Assembly: GCA_040954595.2 (NCBI GenBank)
Contig: CM082598.2
Coordinates: 7,517,097 to 7,581,096, forward strand
DNA: 64,000 nucleotides
Reading direction: 5' to 3'
Source: Balanoglossus misakiensis
Taxonomy: Eukaryota > Animalia > Hemichordata
Part shown: piece by piece, positions 38,481 through 50,665 of the stretch
Position numbering within the stretch: the first letter of the stretch is position 1
Layout: the number at the start of each line of letters is the position of its first letter
Program-made: the position numbers and the translations under genes
The notes under the pieces: model-generated
The model's input: the letters and a program-made list of their open reading frames with translations, nothing else
Told to the model about the DNA's origin: nothing
The model's database searches: none

Positions 38481-40061
38481 TCAAATTGGTTATCTCTCAA
38501 AGCTAAAAGGGGTATCACCAACAAACAGATTACAATGCCTGAGTTAAAATGTTTAAGACATTTTCTTTATTTGTGGTTTTGGTTTTATCGGTTTTCCCAA
38601 TAAAAATTAGGATAATTTTTTAAGTATGCCAACGGAGAGGTGGAAATCTCACCAGAAAAGCGAAAATACGCCAACCACATGTAAACAGTAAAAAGGTTAC
38701 GAAAAAAAAAAACAAACAGAAAAGCGAAAATACACCAACCACGTTTAAACCGTAAAATTAAAAAAAAAACTTGCAAACACCGAGTTGTCTCATATAAAAA
38801 CCTCACAGTACGTAAGGAATTATGTATGGAAAGATACCGTGGTCTTCCGACCTTCCGCTAAACAAAGACTATACGTATGGAACTATCGTTCCGTCCACCA
38901 GCAAAGAGACTTTCCGGAGAAAAACCTTCTCTACCCGTACCTTATGTCGCCACACAGACGTGCCATTTTGGCACAACCGTTCGACAGTATGGTCGACTAT
39001 TTTGACACTAAAAATTCTGCAGCGCTGCCATTATTTCAATATCACAAACCGGCCCTACGTGCGCTTAGGCAAGAGCCCTAGCAATAACATTCTCACAAAA
39101 TATAACCCTATAAAAATGACTAGACTTTCTCGATTATGACTTCCTGGTCTCCTGATTCGGGAGCCAGCGCAGCCATACCCAGAATAGCCGAGAGGCATGG
39201 CTAGCTGCACGCCCGTAGCTCGGAATTGTTTCTGGAATTAGACCTACTTCTGTTCAACTACAAGGTGTTGTACGGATAGCTGCAAATCACCCAATACCAG
39301 ACAAAACAATCGGGCGACAGTAACGTAGCTATATAGGCGATTTTACTGAAAGCAATGACTGAATTATGAGCCTACCGAAAAGACGTCTTGATCCCGCGGC
39401 AAGTAGAAGGAAAGTGGTCGAAACCCGGCGTCGCACACCGGAAACGGGTCAATGATCACCTGTTGTTATGGTGAGTAGGACCTGTTACCCAATCACAGAC
39501 CAAAGTTAGCATTACGACACACTAATGAATATGCATACATGCTACAGCTGCATATTTTATTTCTTTAGAACGCTCTGGAACATGCTCGCAATCGAAAGAA
39601 TATCTCATTTGCTTCTTGAGTGTGAGTGCATCATTGTCTACACAATAAAATCGGGGGGGGGGGGGGCACAGTGGGTAATTTCTACCACAGCCACGCATTT
39701 CAAATCAGGCAAGCGAACTGCAAACTTCCGATGTCTGAGCAACGGGTTTGATGTGCCTTGTGTTGTGAACACTTATTCGACTTCGAGGAAACAGACCTAT
39801 AATACTTCCTAATGTGTTTCTCTTTCTGTGTCATTTTGGTCAGTCAGACCACGATACCCGAGATCGTAAACTGCTTGGGTTAGGTCGCGTCGAGGAGGCT
39901 GCAACTGCGGCCACAGGTCAAGTCGGTGTATGTTGTAAACAAACATGGTAAATGCCTCCCGCACAGCAACACGCTCGCTCTACCGTACTTTCGATTGTTT
40001 CCATGTCAGTTTCACGTTGGCTCGTTATAATGCCCCTACGCTTATCGTAATATCGGGATCG

Positions 40062-40575
40062 TAATTATTATTTTATTATTATTATGATTATTATTTATCT
40101 TTATTTCAGACACAACCGTCCATAGAAATAGGTTACTAAAACTGACAAAAACACTAGAAAAGTAATAAATAAAATAAATGTAAAAAATATAATAGTTTTA
40201 AGAATCAATGTAAAATGTCAATCCAGTGGGCATGTAGTCCATAAAAGCGCATATCTCATGAGACAAGACGATTGATCAAAACATTGGGACCAGTACAGAG
40301 ACGAACAGAAAAATTAAAAGCGACTTTTCTTCTCATGACGGAGAAGCAGTTTACGGCGTTTAGAACAAATATTTTAGAGGCACTTTCGTGTCCGGGTGAC
40401 CAAGAAGTCTTCGAAGTGCATTGTTGTGACATACGATGATATTCCGGATATTATACAAATTAAAATCGCACCATAAATAAGAGTCATAAATGTTATTACA
40501 AAAAGCATTAAATAAACGCAATTTCACATCGACAGAACACGAATTGAACTTTCTCAGGAGAAAATTAGGCGTAGC
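40062..40575 (-). mobile_element. 5'-truncated non-LTR retrotransposon (LINE), ORF2 C-terminus plus 3' tail, probably RTE-X-like
   Basis: The minus strand translates as NFLLRKFNSCSVDVKLRLFNAFCNNIYDSYLWCDFNLYNIRNIIVCHNNALRRLLGHP/GHESASKIFVLNAVNCFSVMRRKVAFNFSVRL..GPNVLI, a typical post-RT LINE motif string with one frameshift. It ends in GAAATAAA followed by a (TAA)n tail at ~40100-40064. Confidence 0.82.
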
Positions 40576-40848
40576 CCTTCCACACGTTATGTATTCGTGT
40601 TATGATAGTCCCACTGATCTGACAGCACACTCGCTTTTATTGTGTCCTTTTGTCCCGTTCGCCAGCACTGTGTGTAGGCCTGCGTTTTCCGTTAACAGAC
40701 TATCCCGTTCGCCAACTTTACTGAACTGCAAATTGAAGAATCGGTTTGCAGCTAGTCCGAAACGGCCGGGGTCGCGTACATTAAAGGCCGAACCGATAAG
40801 AATAAGTGCCGTAACGACTTGTTACCGGCTGGGACGGCTACGAGCCAA

Positions 40849-40965
40849 GAGCATATTGCAGCTCAGTGTGGCAGGGCCGGTGGTGTGTCTTAGGGGCGAT
40901 GTCTCCACACACTGTACTGCTCTGTTTGATAAGAGTGTCCAAGGTTCGGACCACGGTCATGTTCG
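40849..40965 (+). other. Possible degenerate tRNA-derived (SINE head-like) sequence
   Basis: A-box-like CAGCTCAGTGTGGCAGGGC with a GCTC/GGGC D-stem, and B-box-like GGTTCGGACC. The T-stem pairs poorly and the box spacing is long. Confidence 0.25.
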
Positions 40966-41539
40966 GACTTATGTCTTAACTTTGCTTTGTAAACACATTA
41001 CCAAAGTACAACCCACCCATGTTTGTTGAAATTAGATGAAGTCACATGGCGGAGTTCTCATCCTATCGGGATGCGTTAATCTCGGAATCGGCTGCTTTTC
41101 CATCGTCGAGTTTGATTTCATGTCCTATTCATAGTCGAGTTATATGATGATCCCTGATTGATATCTATTTTTTTCGGGGGCAGGGGGGGGGGGGGGGGTC
41201 ATGGGATTGATAATTCGAGGCAGGAGAAGAAATATGTCGACAGCGCAAATTGCCATTTTCTCGCTTTGTTTCGTCGATTTTGACAACTGCATTGGTCGAG
41301 TGGTCTTAAATTTTACCCATCTAACAAAACAACTTTGTAGTCTATAAAGTGCTCCCAGCTGGAAACGTCGATTCAATTCGACTCATCATGAATTTGATCC
41401 AATTTTCTAAAAACCTAACTTGCGGGCGCTGTTACTTCTCAATGTAAGCAGGTAACGTAACACAAACTGGTCGTTTTTTCATACTTGTGCTATATTTAAG
41501 TAGGATGCGTGGCCAAGGTTTGGACTTAATTTTTTGTTA

Positions 41540-41990
41540 TTGACATAATACCACACGAGCTGATATGACCTAATTTCAAAAAAACTGTCCCAAAACTGCC
41601 AAACTCAAATATTCAAACATCATCAAAATTGTACAATATCTTACATCAATCAGTATAAGGAACATGCTTACCGAAGTTCAAAGCAATCTGACAAGCGGTT
41701 TCCGAGAAAACGATTTTTGACCAAAAATTGCAAAATTTGGCCCATAATTACAAATATGCAAACTTTGCAACAATTTGAAAAAAAAAAAACAAAGCTCACC
41801 TATAGGAAGCTTTATACTGATTTTTTTTTACAGAAATCGACCAATCACTTTCATAGAAGATGTGGAAAAAATGAAAGTAGAAAATTCACGATATAAGGTC
41901 AAAACTTATAGAGCTCTGTAATGTTGGCAGAAGATATATGCATACCAATTTTCAAAGAAATCTGACCAGTAGTTTCCAGCTAATGTGTCC
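41540..41990. repeat. Dispersed repeat, same family as 37880-38480
   Basis: Shares AAAGCAATCTGACAAGCGGTTT, ATTTTTGACCAAAAAT and AAATATGCA motifs with 37880-38480. Confidence 0.6.
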
Positions 41991-43154
41991 GAGATCAGAC
42001 AAAAACAGAGAACAGAACAGCCAAAGTGAGAGAACAGAATAGCCAAAACTATCACCAGCGCTTAACTCCACATCTGAAAGCAAACCATTTGTTGGAGCAA
42101 TATTCAGGTCCTAAGAAAACTCAAACTTCAATCAGACAGAACATACTGGTCATCACAATTGCCTTCTGATTGGAATCTGTGCTGGAAGAGCAACAACAAA
42201 TACTGATCCTCACCTGAAATCAAAGAGACAGACAAAAGCACTCATTTTATCAGAATATTTATTTTAAGTATGCAATAATCCTAATATGATATATCTGTCT
42301 ACTTATTTATCATGATAGGAAAATTGTTGAAATAAAAATATCAAAGATATTCCTTCCTAATGCTGCATATAATATTTACATACTCTGGCAGTCTTGTAAG
42401 TACAATTAAATGTTAGTCAAAAGCTCTTCTTAAGAACTGAGTAATTCTCAGTACAAAAAGCAATATGTGGAAAATACCAACTTAGCATCTGGGGCAAAAT
42501 GAAAAAAAAATGAGGAATGGTGTCCCCCCTCCCCTTCAGCACTATACATGATTCAACAGCCTCAGAGGGCCATTCTTCACACACACACATAAAATGAATG
42601 GCTGATTACATGAAATATATTCGAAAGTCAATAACTGGTCATGAAAGGCTCATGTTTTTGTTAAAATAAAAAAATGTTAGGAAATTCAATAAAAGTAAAA
42701 AGCAGTGTATGTGAATATTGATATTAAAAACATGTGATTTTAATCGTTTGGCAACTATCGTCACTGGATAGAAGAGATGAGGACTCTTTAATGACCTAAT
42801 TTGCATTTGAATAATGAACTTTCTTTTTGACGTTGAACCCCCTAGCTGGACGAGAAAATGATCTAAACGTATCATGAACGTTTATTTTGTTGACACCATT
42901 CATTAATTTACCTTTTTAAGCATATATAAATGCATTATATCTCGATTGTAATTTGAGTGCATTTTGAGTCTATTAAAGTACTTTTCGTCGTACGAGGTCT
43001 CCTTCGCTCCAGTCACTTCCTTATAACAGACTATATTTCTTCACATGCATCTAATAGTTTGATTCTAACATACTTGTCACGGGTGTCGCCATTCACCACA
43101 AAACACACCAAAACAGTTTAAAGGTTTCACAAGACATAGGCCTATAACATTTCT

Positions 43155-43495
43155 TAACTGAAATTGAAGAGGGACATCATCAGTTCATATGTGTGGCCGG
43201 TCTGGCTACACAGGTGAACTGCTAAATTACATACATGTATGGGAGTTCACCTACAGCAGAATACACAAAAATTCATGCAAGTGAAAAATACAGAAGTACA
43301 ATTGAAGACTTGACGCAGGTTCAGACACCAATTACTTGTGCTAAAATGAGCCAGTAGAATGCACCGATATAAAAATGCTTCAAGCTACAGGTAAAGTACA
43401 AGGAAAACTAACCTGAAATTGAACATAGACATCTTCAGTTCATACATGTGGCCGGTCTGGATATAGAGGTGAACTGACTAAGTATATGCATGGGG
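43155..43495. repeat. Diverged local duplication of an ~85-bp segment, ~255-bp spacing
   Basis: CTGAAATTGAA...GACATC.TCAGTTCATA..TGTGGCCGGTCTGG...AGGTGAACTG occurs at ~43158 and ~43413. Confidence 0.65.
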
Positions 43496-45074
43496 TCCTT
43501 TTATATCAGCAATCTACACTATGGTGGAGCATTACTTGAGTTCATTAGTCAAATGAAACATCCTGGTGGTAAATGATTAAATGATGACTGCAAAGAATAC
43601 GGGTGTTACATTCATACAGATATTACATATATGTTCAAGTGAACAAATGGTTCGGTCCAAATCCATTGTTTCCTGTTGGAAAGTTGGATGTCTACACAGG
43701 GAATTGGGCGAAAGGTGAGAGTGCTAAGAAAATAGGCTGATGGTAATTTTCCATTGTTATCTAAATTGAATACATGTGAGGGCTTAATCTTTCCCAATAA
43801 TGCTGACACAGAAAAAGTTAATTGTTTTACCAAACTTTTCTTGAGAGTCGAATGAAGGCACTTGATATTAGCACAGAGACTGATTTTTTCCACACACTAC
43901 TTTTCTCTTTTCATAGAGCTCCATTCAAATTTTGTACACAACAATGTAATGACATTGTCACTACCCAAGCCTAAACTTTCAAATTACTATGTGACATTTC
44001 AAAACACTGTTAGACTCCCCAATGAAACATTAACTCTGGATCAGCATCCCTTCAAATTAGCGATAGCCCTGGGGTGAGTTTCGTTAATTTTGTTATAATG
44101 GTGTTATTTAATTGTTTGGCTGTAACAGAAATTACCACATGGAAGTGTAAACATGTTATGTCCACACATATGCTGTAGGTTCAGCTTCAATTCAATTTTC
44201 AGCAATCAGATCATAACAAATTATTCAACAACAAAAAATTAACATGAAGAGCTGGTGACTTTGTGGCTTTCACATGATAAATATAAACGTGTGAACATTG
44301 CCCCACGCTAGAGTGTAATATTAACACGTCTCATACAACGTACAATTCTCTGTATATAATGAAACACATTCATTATAGCTGGATTAGTTGGTCCACAGGT
44401 AATCTGTAACCAGATAGGCTGACCTGAGCAATCCATGTTTTTGCAAGTGTTGTATTGTCACTGTTATAGTGTGACTTCCTTGGTGTAATGCTCAACTGAA
44501 CACAAGAGTATCAAAATTGGACAGATAAATGACCAATAACACTAAGTGTGTGATTGGGTAATACAAATGATAAGTACAAAACAGGAAGATCTGTCAATCA
44601 AAGTTCTGTCTATTGCTCTCTTCCCTGAGAGAGAAATAGAGAGCAACTTTAGAGATACATTCTCCAGTTTAATGATCAGGCATTAATGAAATATTAGTCT
44701 AGTATATAGCTGTATTTTGTCTGCTTTGCTTCCAAAAACTATGCATGCCACTGCCCCAATAAAGCCTGATACCCCTTGATGGGAATTGTGATGTAATACG
44801 CATTACTTTGAAGTCAATCACAGACTTTGTTTTTCCAATGATTGGTCAAAGAATACATATGTGTGATTGAGGATGGGTACCATTTTGAATTGAAATAAGC
44901 CTTGCCTTCACTGTAACCTTACACACACTCGCCATTGATCAGTTTATGTGTGTGACTTCAAGGGGGATGCGAGTAACATCACAATTCCCAGCAAGGGCTA
45001 TCAGGCTTTATTGGGCCAGTGGCATGCATGACTCTAGATGTTCGTTTTGGAAGCAGAAAAAAAATGGCTATATA

Positions 45075-45274
45075 CTGTCAAACATGAAATTTTTGCAACG
45101 GGAAATTTTCGCAATATCAAAAACTGTTATGCAACGATTAATTTTCACATTCTCGAATTTCAATTCATCATTATTTCCGAAAAACATTTTTATGTGAATT
45201 TTTAGTTTTCAGGTTTTTTGGCTCTTATATGATTCGTGCAAATTTATTGCTTGTGAAAATTTCCCGCTTTACAG
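45075..45274. mobile_element. Tc1/mariner-type MITE, 200 bp
   Basis: TA-CTGTCAAACATGAAATTTT...AAAATTTCCCGCTTTACAG-TA: TA TSD with an imperfect ~24-bp TIR. Confidence 0.7.
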
Positions 45275-45832
45275 TACATCCTAAGTATCTTTTTTTCACA
45301 CCAGAAGACAATGCATAGTTGCTTTACGTATGGCAGACTTTGTATTACGATAGACACTGACAACCAGTTACATCTGTCTAGCATACAAATATGGTCATAT
45401 TGAAATAAGGCATTACAATGGAAACAAAGTAAAGCTAATGCAAGAATTAGTACAGAACAAGTCTATTCAGTTACTACACTGGAATAACCATTCTGTGTTA
45501 TTTGATCTGTTTAAAATTAAGATGTTATGAGCAATAAACTAAACACTGAAGAATGAGGTGATAGCTTTGGAATGGATGCATCTGTATACAGTAAATGAGA
45601 ATTATAAATATTCCAAATCCCCAACGCTTGACTGTCTGGATTAATTGAAAATTCCCGCATACCTTGAGAAATTTCTGACATTTCTTTGGGATCTGGGTTT
45701 CATTTAGTACATAGAAGTTACAATGGTAATGAAGGCATGAACAGTCTCCTGTTCATTATAGTCAGTTTACCGTATAAATTTATTGATTCAGAATATCAAA
45801 AAGACTTCTGTCATCAGCCAGCAGACTACTAC

Positions 45833-46047
45833 TTGATTTGTTGCTGTGTTTGTTGCATGCTGGGTGCCAAGCCCATCTGAGGTACTTGTGGTCGCGGCCA
45901 TGGCTGTTGTCCTAGTAACAGCTGTTGTTGTTGTTGTGATAACTGCTGCTGTTGTTGTTGCCATGTTTGTTGTGTTGCTGCTGGTTGTTGTTGTGGTGGT
46001 GGTGGAATGGTTGCTTGTGTACAGCTAGCTTGTTGTTGTTGCTGTTG
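45833..46047 (-). CDS. Candidate Gln/Pro-rich exon of an unidentified, possibly decayed gene
   Basis: Acceptor TTTTGTTTGCATTCAACAG, then an open frame QQQQQQASCTQATIPPPPQQQPAATQQTWQQQQQQLSQQQQQLLLGQQPWPRPQVPQMGLAPSMQQTQQQI with mixed CAA/CAG codons. The donor AA|GTAGT is weak. Confidence 0.5.
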
Positions 46048-46234
46048 CTGTTGAATGCAAACAAAATGGTTTTCTTTTTAAAGTCACTTCACAGAAGGTG
46101 GCAATGTATCAGGAGACGGCTCTCTTTCACATTGTTCACATTTGTTAATCTGACTGAAATTTAGGGCGGCATAAAGTAATTGTACTTTGGTGAATAGATT
46201 TAGGCCACATCTAAAATATTATTGTTAATTTCAG

Positions 46235-46450
46235 GACCACATTGACCAATGTTGACCTCATTCTAGGCTAACCAATAGAGTAAGAAGTCTAGTTTTTGTT
46301 GGACATTTTTTGACAAAATTTTGGGTGACCTCTGGGTGACATTTGCTCTACTTTTGCCATATCTCAGCATCCACAACAGATAATCCTCGATTTTCTGTTG
46401 GAATCCTGGGAATTGCTTGAGCCCCACAAACACTGTTTGCAGCTTTAATT
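46235..46450 (+). mobile_element. 3' fragment of the HINE-like family, inverted relative to 22513-23896
   Basis: Ends GAGCCCCACAAACACTGTTTGCAGCTTTAATT, a reverse-complement homologue of 22511-22545. The upstream CTAACCAATAG...TTTTTGTTGG...GTGACCT matches 22600-22720. Confidence 0.7.
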
Positions 46451-48144
46451 CCCTATGTTATTAGATGTACTAGGCATTTTGGAAACTGTGTGATCGAAAT
46501 TCTAAGCAGACTTTGTTAAAGGGTCACGATCGTCTAACGTGAATGTGACAAACCAGAGACTCTGGTTACAAAAATTGTATACAGTCAATGTCATAAGACA
46601 GTGTGCTGTCCAAGCAACAGACAAGATGGCAGCGACCATAGTCTGTGTTGGAGATTGGGTAAAGACAGCAAACTGGGTGAAAAGAAGGGACAAAACTGAA
46701 GTCTATGTATACAGTGTGCATGAAATATTGAAGGAAAGGAAGGCAGCCCCTTATTTGAATGCATTGAACACAATATTTGCAGAACTTTTGGATTGGCCAT
46801 TCTGTGTGTACTCACAAATGACGCACATATGTACATAGGATGATTGTCGGTCTTTAACACTGTCTGCCAGAGGTTATCATCAGTGCTTCCACACTAGTAC
46901 CACGGAAAAAAAATAGAAGAAATGAAAATAAGACTGAGACAAGATTTGTTGTATTTCTTTGTCTGTAATTTAGGTCTGCTTTGGGCTAATTGTGCATTGA
47001 ATTTCTTCTGTGTGACTTTCTAACTCAATGAGTCAGGTCCCTAATACATTATAATGATTTTGGGAATAACACAGACCATGTTATTTTATAACATCAAGAA
47101 AGTTCCTTTTATAGAAAAAAGATTTTATTTATTCCCACTTAACGATTCCGAAGAGTGAAACAGGTATCTATGGGGGCCCGTTCTTGTCAAAATTGTAGTT
47201 TATTAATAAAACGTGTTAGAATTAATTTTATTGAGCCTGGAATTAATTTTACCAGTATATAGAATTATTTTTATGTGCTTTAATTATTCTTTGTAGTCAT
47301 GCAGAATTGATTTTATGTGTTCTAAATAATTATTTTAGCTTATCTTTGTTAGAAATAATTTTGCCAACATCTCGAAGTATTTTTACGTGTAGACTCGAAT
47401 TAATTAAAGGTGTAGTGTCGAATTAATATCATGTGTTTGGTCGAATTAATTTCACGTGTTGTGTCGAATTAATTTTACGTGTTGTGTCAAATTAATATTG
47501 CCCCCACAATCCTTTGCGCGTAAATCAAGATGGCGGCGGCTGAGCATGTCTTTCTCGTCGCATAAAGTTCGAAAAGGGGCCATTGAACAAGTTGTGAGAC
47601 GTTTTGGGGCGGTTTGCTGTCCAATATAAATGCAGTGTGCTCGATAACGGCGATCGGTGCACGAGTTTTGGTCTACAGACCAAATTTTCTAGTCAAACAA
47701 CTCAAAACCACTACCAGTTGGTGTAATCACCAGCCTTGCTATGGTATAGCCCAGCTCTGCGTACAGTGTTCTCGGCGTGGAGGCTGTGTAACGCCGGGAA
47801 CACACAGACCTGTGCGCAGAGCTAGCTGTTGCCCCGTGTTGCCAGTTCGCCTCGATCGAATAAATTTTGACATCTGAACATACAAAAATTGTGTTAATTT
47901 ATTATTTTCTGAACTAAGAAATAGCTGTAGGGCCCAGATCCCGGGAAACGGCGAATAAAGTATTCCTTAATATTTCCTTGTAAACTCAAGTTTTGTTTAA
48001 ATAAATGTAAATTAAAAGGACAATGTCTATCTCTACATAACCATATTTCATTGGAAATTGGATAGCTTGCATACTAGATTTATAACTGATAAGATAGGGT
48101 GTGGGGCAGTAGAGAGGTAGACCCCGAAGTCTCCACCTCCTCTA

Positions 48145-48959
48145 GGCTGCATTCACAAACACCTCTGGAGGGGGGGGGGAGAATTCATTTTTTACCGCTA
48201 ATTTTCACATGCCCCCCCCCCCCCCCCGTACATAACCCAAAAAATTTTCAAATCCCCCCTTCCGAACTGCCAAAATTTTGAATCCCCCCCCCCCCAATTT
48301 TCTTTCACAGAGCAAAACACATCACCTATCTATCTTGTAAAAAAGAAAAACAGCGCTCCCATGAAAAGAATTTGAAACTGATGTTTCCCCCTCATCAGTG
48401 GGTATTAAAACTGAACATTGTTTTTATTTTGTAAGTATTTGTATTCTGTGTTGGGAGACATTGTAAACCGAGAATTGAAGGGGGTGGGTGCGTAAGAAAA
48501 TTTTATAAAACACAGAGCTCAAAGCTGCATTTTAATGAACCCGGCAAAAGCAAATTATCTCAACTACCGGTATGTTGGGGAGGACAAATTTAACCGTCGC
48601 CGCTCAAAGTTATTATGGGGTAGGGACAAGTCCCGTGACCTGGGACACTATATAAACTAGCCCGGAGACCAGGGCGTCGATTCTAGATCAACGCCCTGGT
48701 CTCCGGGCTATATATAAACCAGTCAATAATTGAAAGTTGTTGATGAATGGAGGGGGTGGGTATTAGAACATTTAGTAAAATAAAGGGCGCCAAACTACAT
48801 TTTTTGTGGACTCAAAATAAATATTTAGTCGTCAAAGTTTTCAAGTACCCCCCCTTTCAGTCCCTAAATTATTTCAAATCCCCCCTTATATACCCTCAGT
48901 TTTTTTCAAATCCCCCCTCAATTCTCCCGCCCCCTCCAGTGGTGTTTGTGAATGCAGCC
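48145..48959 (+). mobile_element. PIF/Harbinger-type MITE, copy 3
   Basis: Same TIR and interior as 5283-6065. TSD CTA at 48142-48144 and 48960-48962. Confidence 0.92.
48658..48710. mobile_element. 53-bp palindromic micro-transposon with a 9-bp TSD
   Basis: TAGCCCGGAGACCAGGGCGTCGAT-TCTAG-ATCAACGCCCTGGTCTCCGGGCTA, flanked by TATATAAAC at 48649-48657 and 48711-48719. It is absent from MITE copies 1 and 2. Confidence 0.9.
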
Positions 48960-49023
48960 CTACTATCTAAGTACAGAGATTGTTCAGCAAGTAATCTTTA
49001 TTGTAGAAAAAAGTATATCGGAA

Positions 49024-50009
49024 CCAGTCAGGACGTAAGTGGGGTAATTACGGCGGTGAGATCAAAGAGATCTATTTGAATGTGAACGTCACTGAGTGGC
49101 AGTTACGGCCAGTTCGAAACATTTTCAAACGGAGATTTTCGGTACTACAAGTGATCGTAGTGCATCCATTTTTCTAAGACGTGTATGAAACACCATAGTC
49201 AATGATAGGATGATTTTTCGTGAAGTTTGAACAACGCGTTCCCGAGATAGACAGTTTCGGTATGTTGGTTTAAATTGTGGTCCTTGACTCTCGGCAAAGA
49301 TTTCTTGTCTTGAAAAAAATTGGGTAGGTTAGGAAGATATTGAACTAAGTTACCGTGAAATTATAATGTTGTGAGCCGCTCCGTTGTGGAGTAATGACGG
49401 TGTAAAAATTGCCTTCGCCATCGACGAGTACAGCCGTGTTTGCCATATGTGTATGCATTGAAGTAGGTCAACGCATGCTAACCCATGACGTAATGGCTTC
49501 CTTATCGTTATCTCTCATTAGCATATTACATACAGAGTCTATACACTATCCACGCTGACTGACTTCTCAGGACTGACCTATGGCACTGTAAATTGTGATC
49601 CTTGACTCTCGGCATGGATATATTCATGTCAAAATTATGAATAGAGGAGTTTAATAATGTTTCTAAAACCTGAGGGGGTTAATTTTTGTGTGGGTATGGC
49701 TGATATTTTATTTTTTATTTTTTAACTTCAAGGTCACTTTGAATTTCGTGATCACAATTTTGTCAGTGGAAGTAAATAAATTCTTCTCGATAAAACTTCA
49801 TGAAAAATCACATGTAGTACACTCATAGTACCAGTAATGTGCCTGGGGTGAAATAATTGTCAGAAATGGGTTGCAAGTTGCTTAACTTTCGTTGTGAAAA
49901 AAGTTGAAAAACTGTATGCAAATGAGCAATTCAAACGTTACTGGCCAGTTCAAGTGTTTGCATTGCATGATCCCCTGCTGTTTAATTAACCCACTTACTT
50001 CCTGACTGG
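49024..50009. mobile_element. Non-autonomous DNA transposon (986 bp), ~40-bp imperfect TIR, apparent 2-bp TSD
   Basis: Left end CCAGTCAGGACGTAAGTGGGGTAATTA versus right-end reverse complement CCAGTCAGGAAGTAAGTGGGTTAATTA. AA flanks both sides. There is an internal ~30-bp direct repeat at ~49271 and ~49589. Confidence 0.75.
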
Positions 50010-50665
50010 AACAGCATTAATGCAAAGTTCCTCAAGAAAGGGGACCTTTAATGCTTAATGTTAGCAGCTCCTTATGGTGTAACTCGGCCTTTACCGATAC
50101 CGGCGATGCCCTCACACCACAGCTCACTAGCATAGCCATAGGCAATGCTAGTGATTATCCCAACTGCGTAGTGACTAGAAAATTCGGTCTGTAGACCAAA
50201 ACTCGTGCACTGATCGCTGTTATCGAGCACACTGCATTTATATTGGACAGCAAACCACCCCAAAACGTCTCACAACTTGTTCAACAGCCCCTTTTCGAAC
50301 TTTATGCGTCGAGAAAGACATGCTCATCCGCCGCCATCTTGATTTACGCGCAAAGGATTGTGGGGGCAATATTAATTCGACACAACACATAAAATTAATT
50401 CGACACAACACGTGAAATTAATTCGACCAAACACATGATATTAATTCGACACTACACCTTTAATTAATTCGAGTCTACACGTAAAAATAATTCGAGATGT
50501 TGGCAAAATTATTTCTAACAAAGATAAGCTAAAATAATTATTTAGAACACATAAAATTAATTCTGCATGACTGCAAAGAATAATTAAAGCACATAAAAAA
50601 TAATTCTACATACTGGTAAAATTAATTCCAGGCTCTATAAAATTAATTCTAACACGTTTTATTAA

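Noticed and set aside
40849-40965. Functional tRNA gene
   Set aside because: The T-stem does not pair, there is no clear anticodon arm and the box spacing is abnormal. At best it is a decayed SINE head.
40490-41029. 179-aa plus-strand ORF, the longest outside the satellites
   Set aside because: It starts antisense to a LINE fragment, crosses unrelated sequence and has no recognisable domain.
45846-46164. Hydrophobic Val/Leu-rich plus-strand ORFs resembling membrane peptides
   Set aside because: They are the antisense reading of the CAA/CAG-rich tract.
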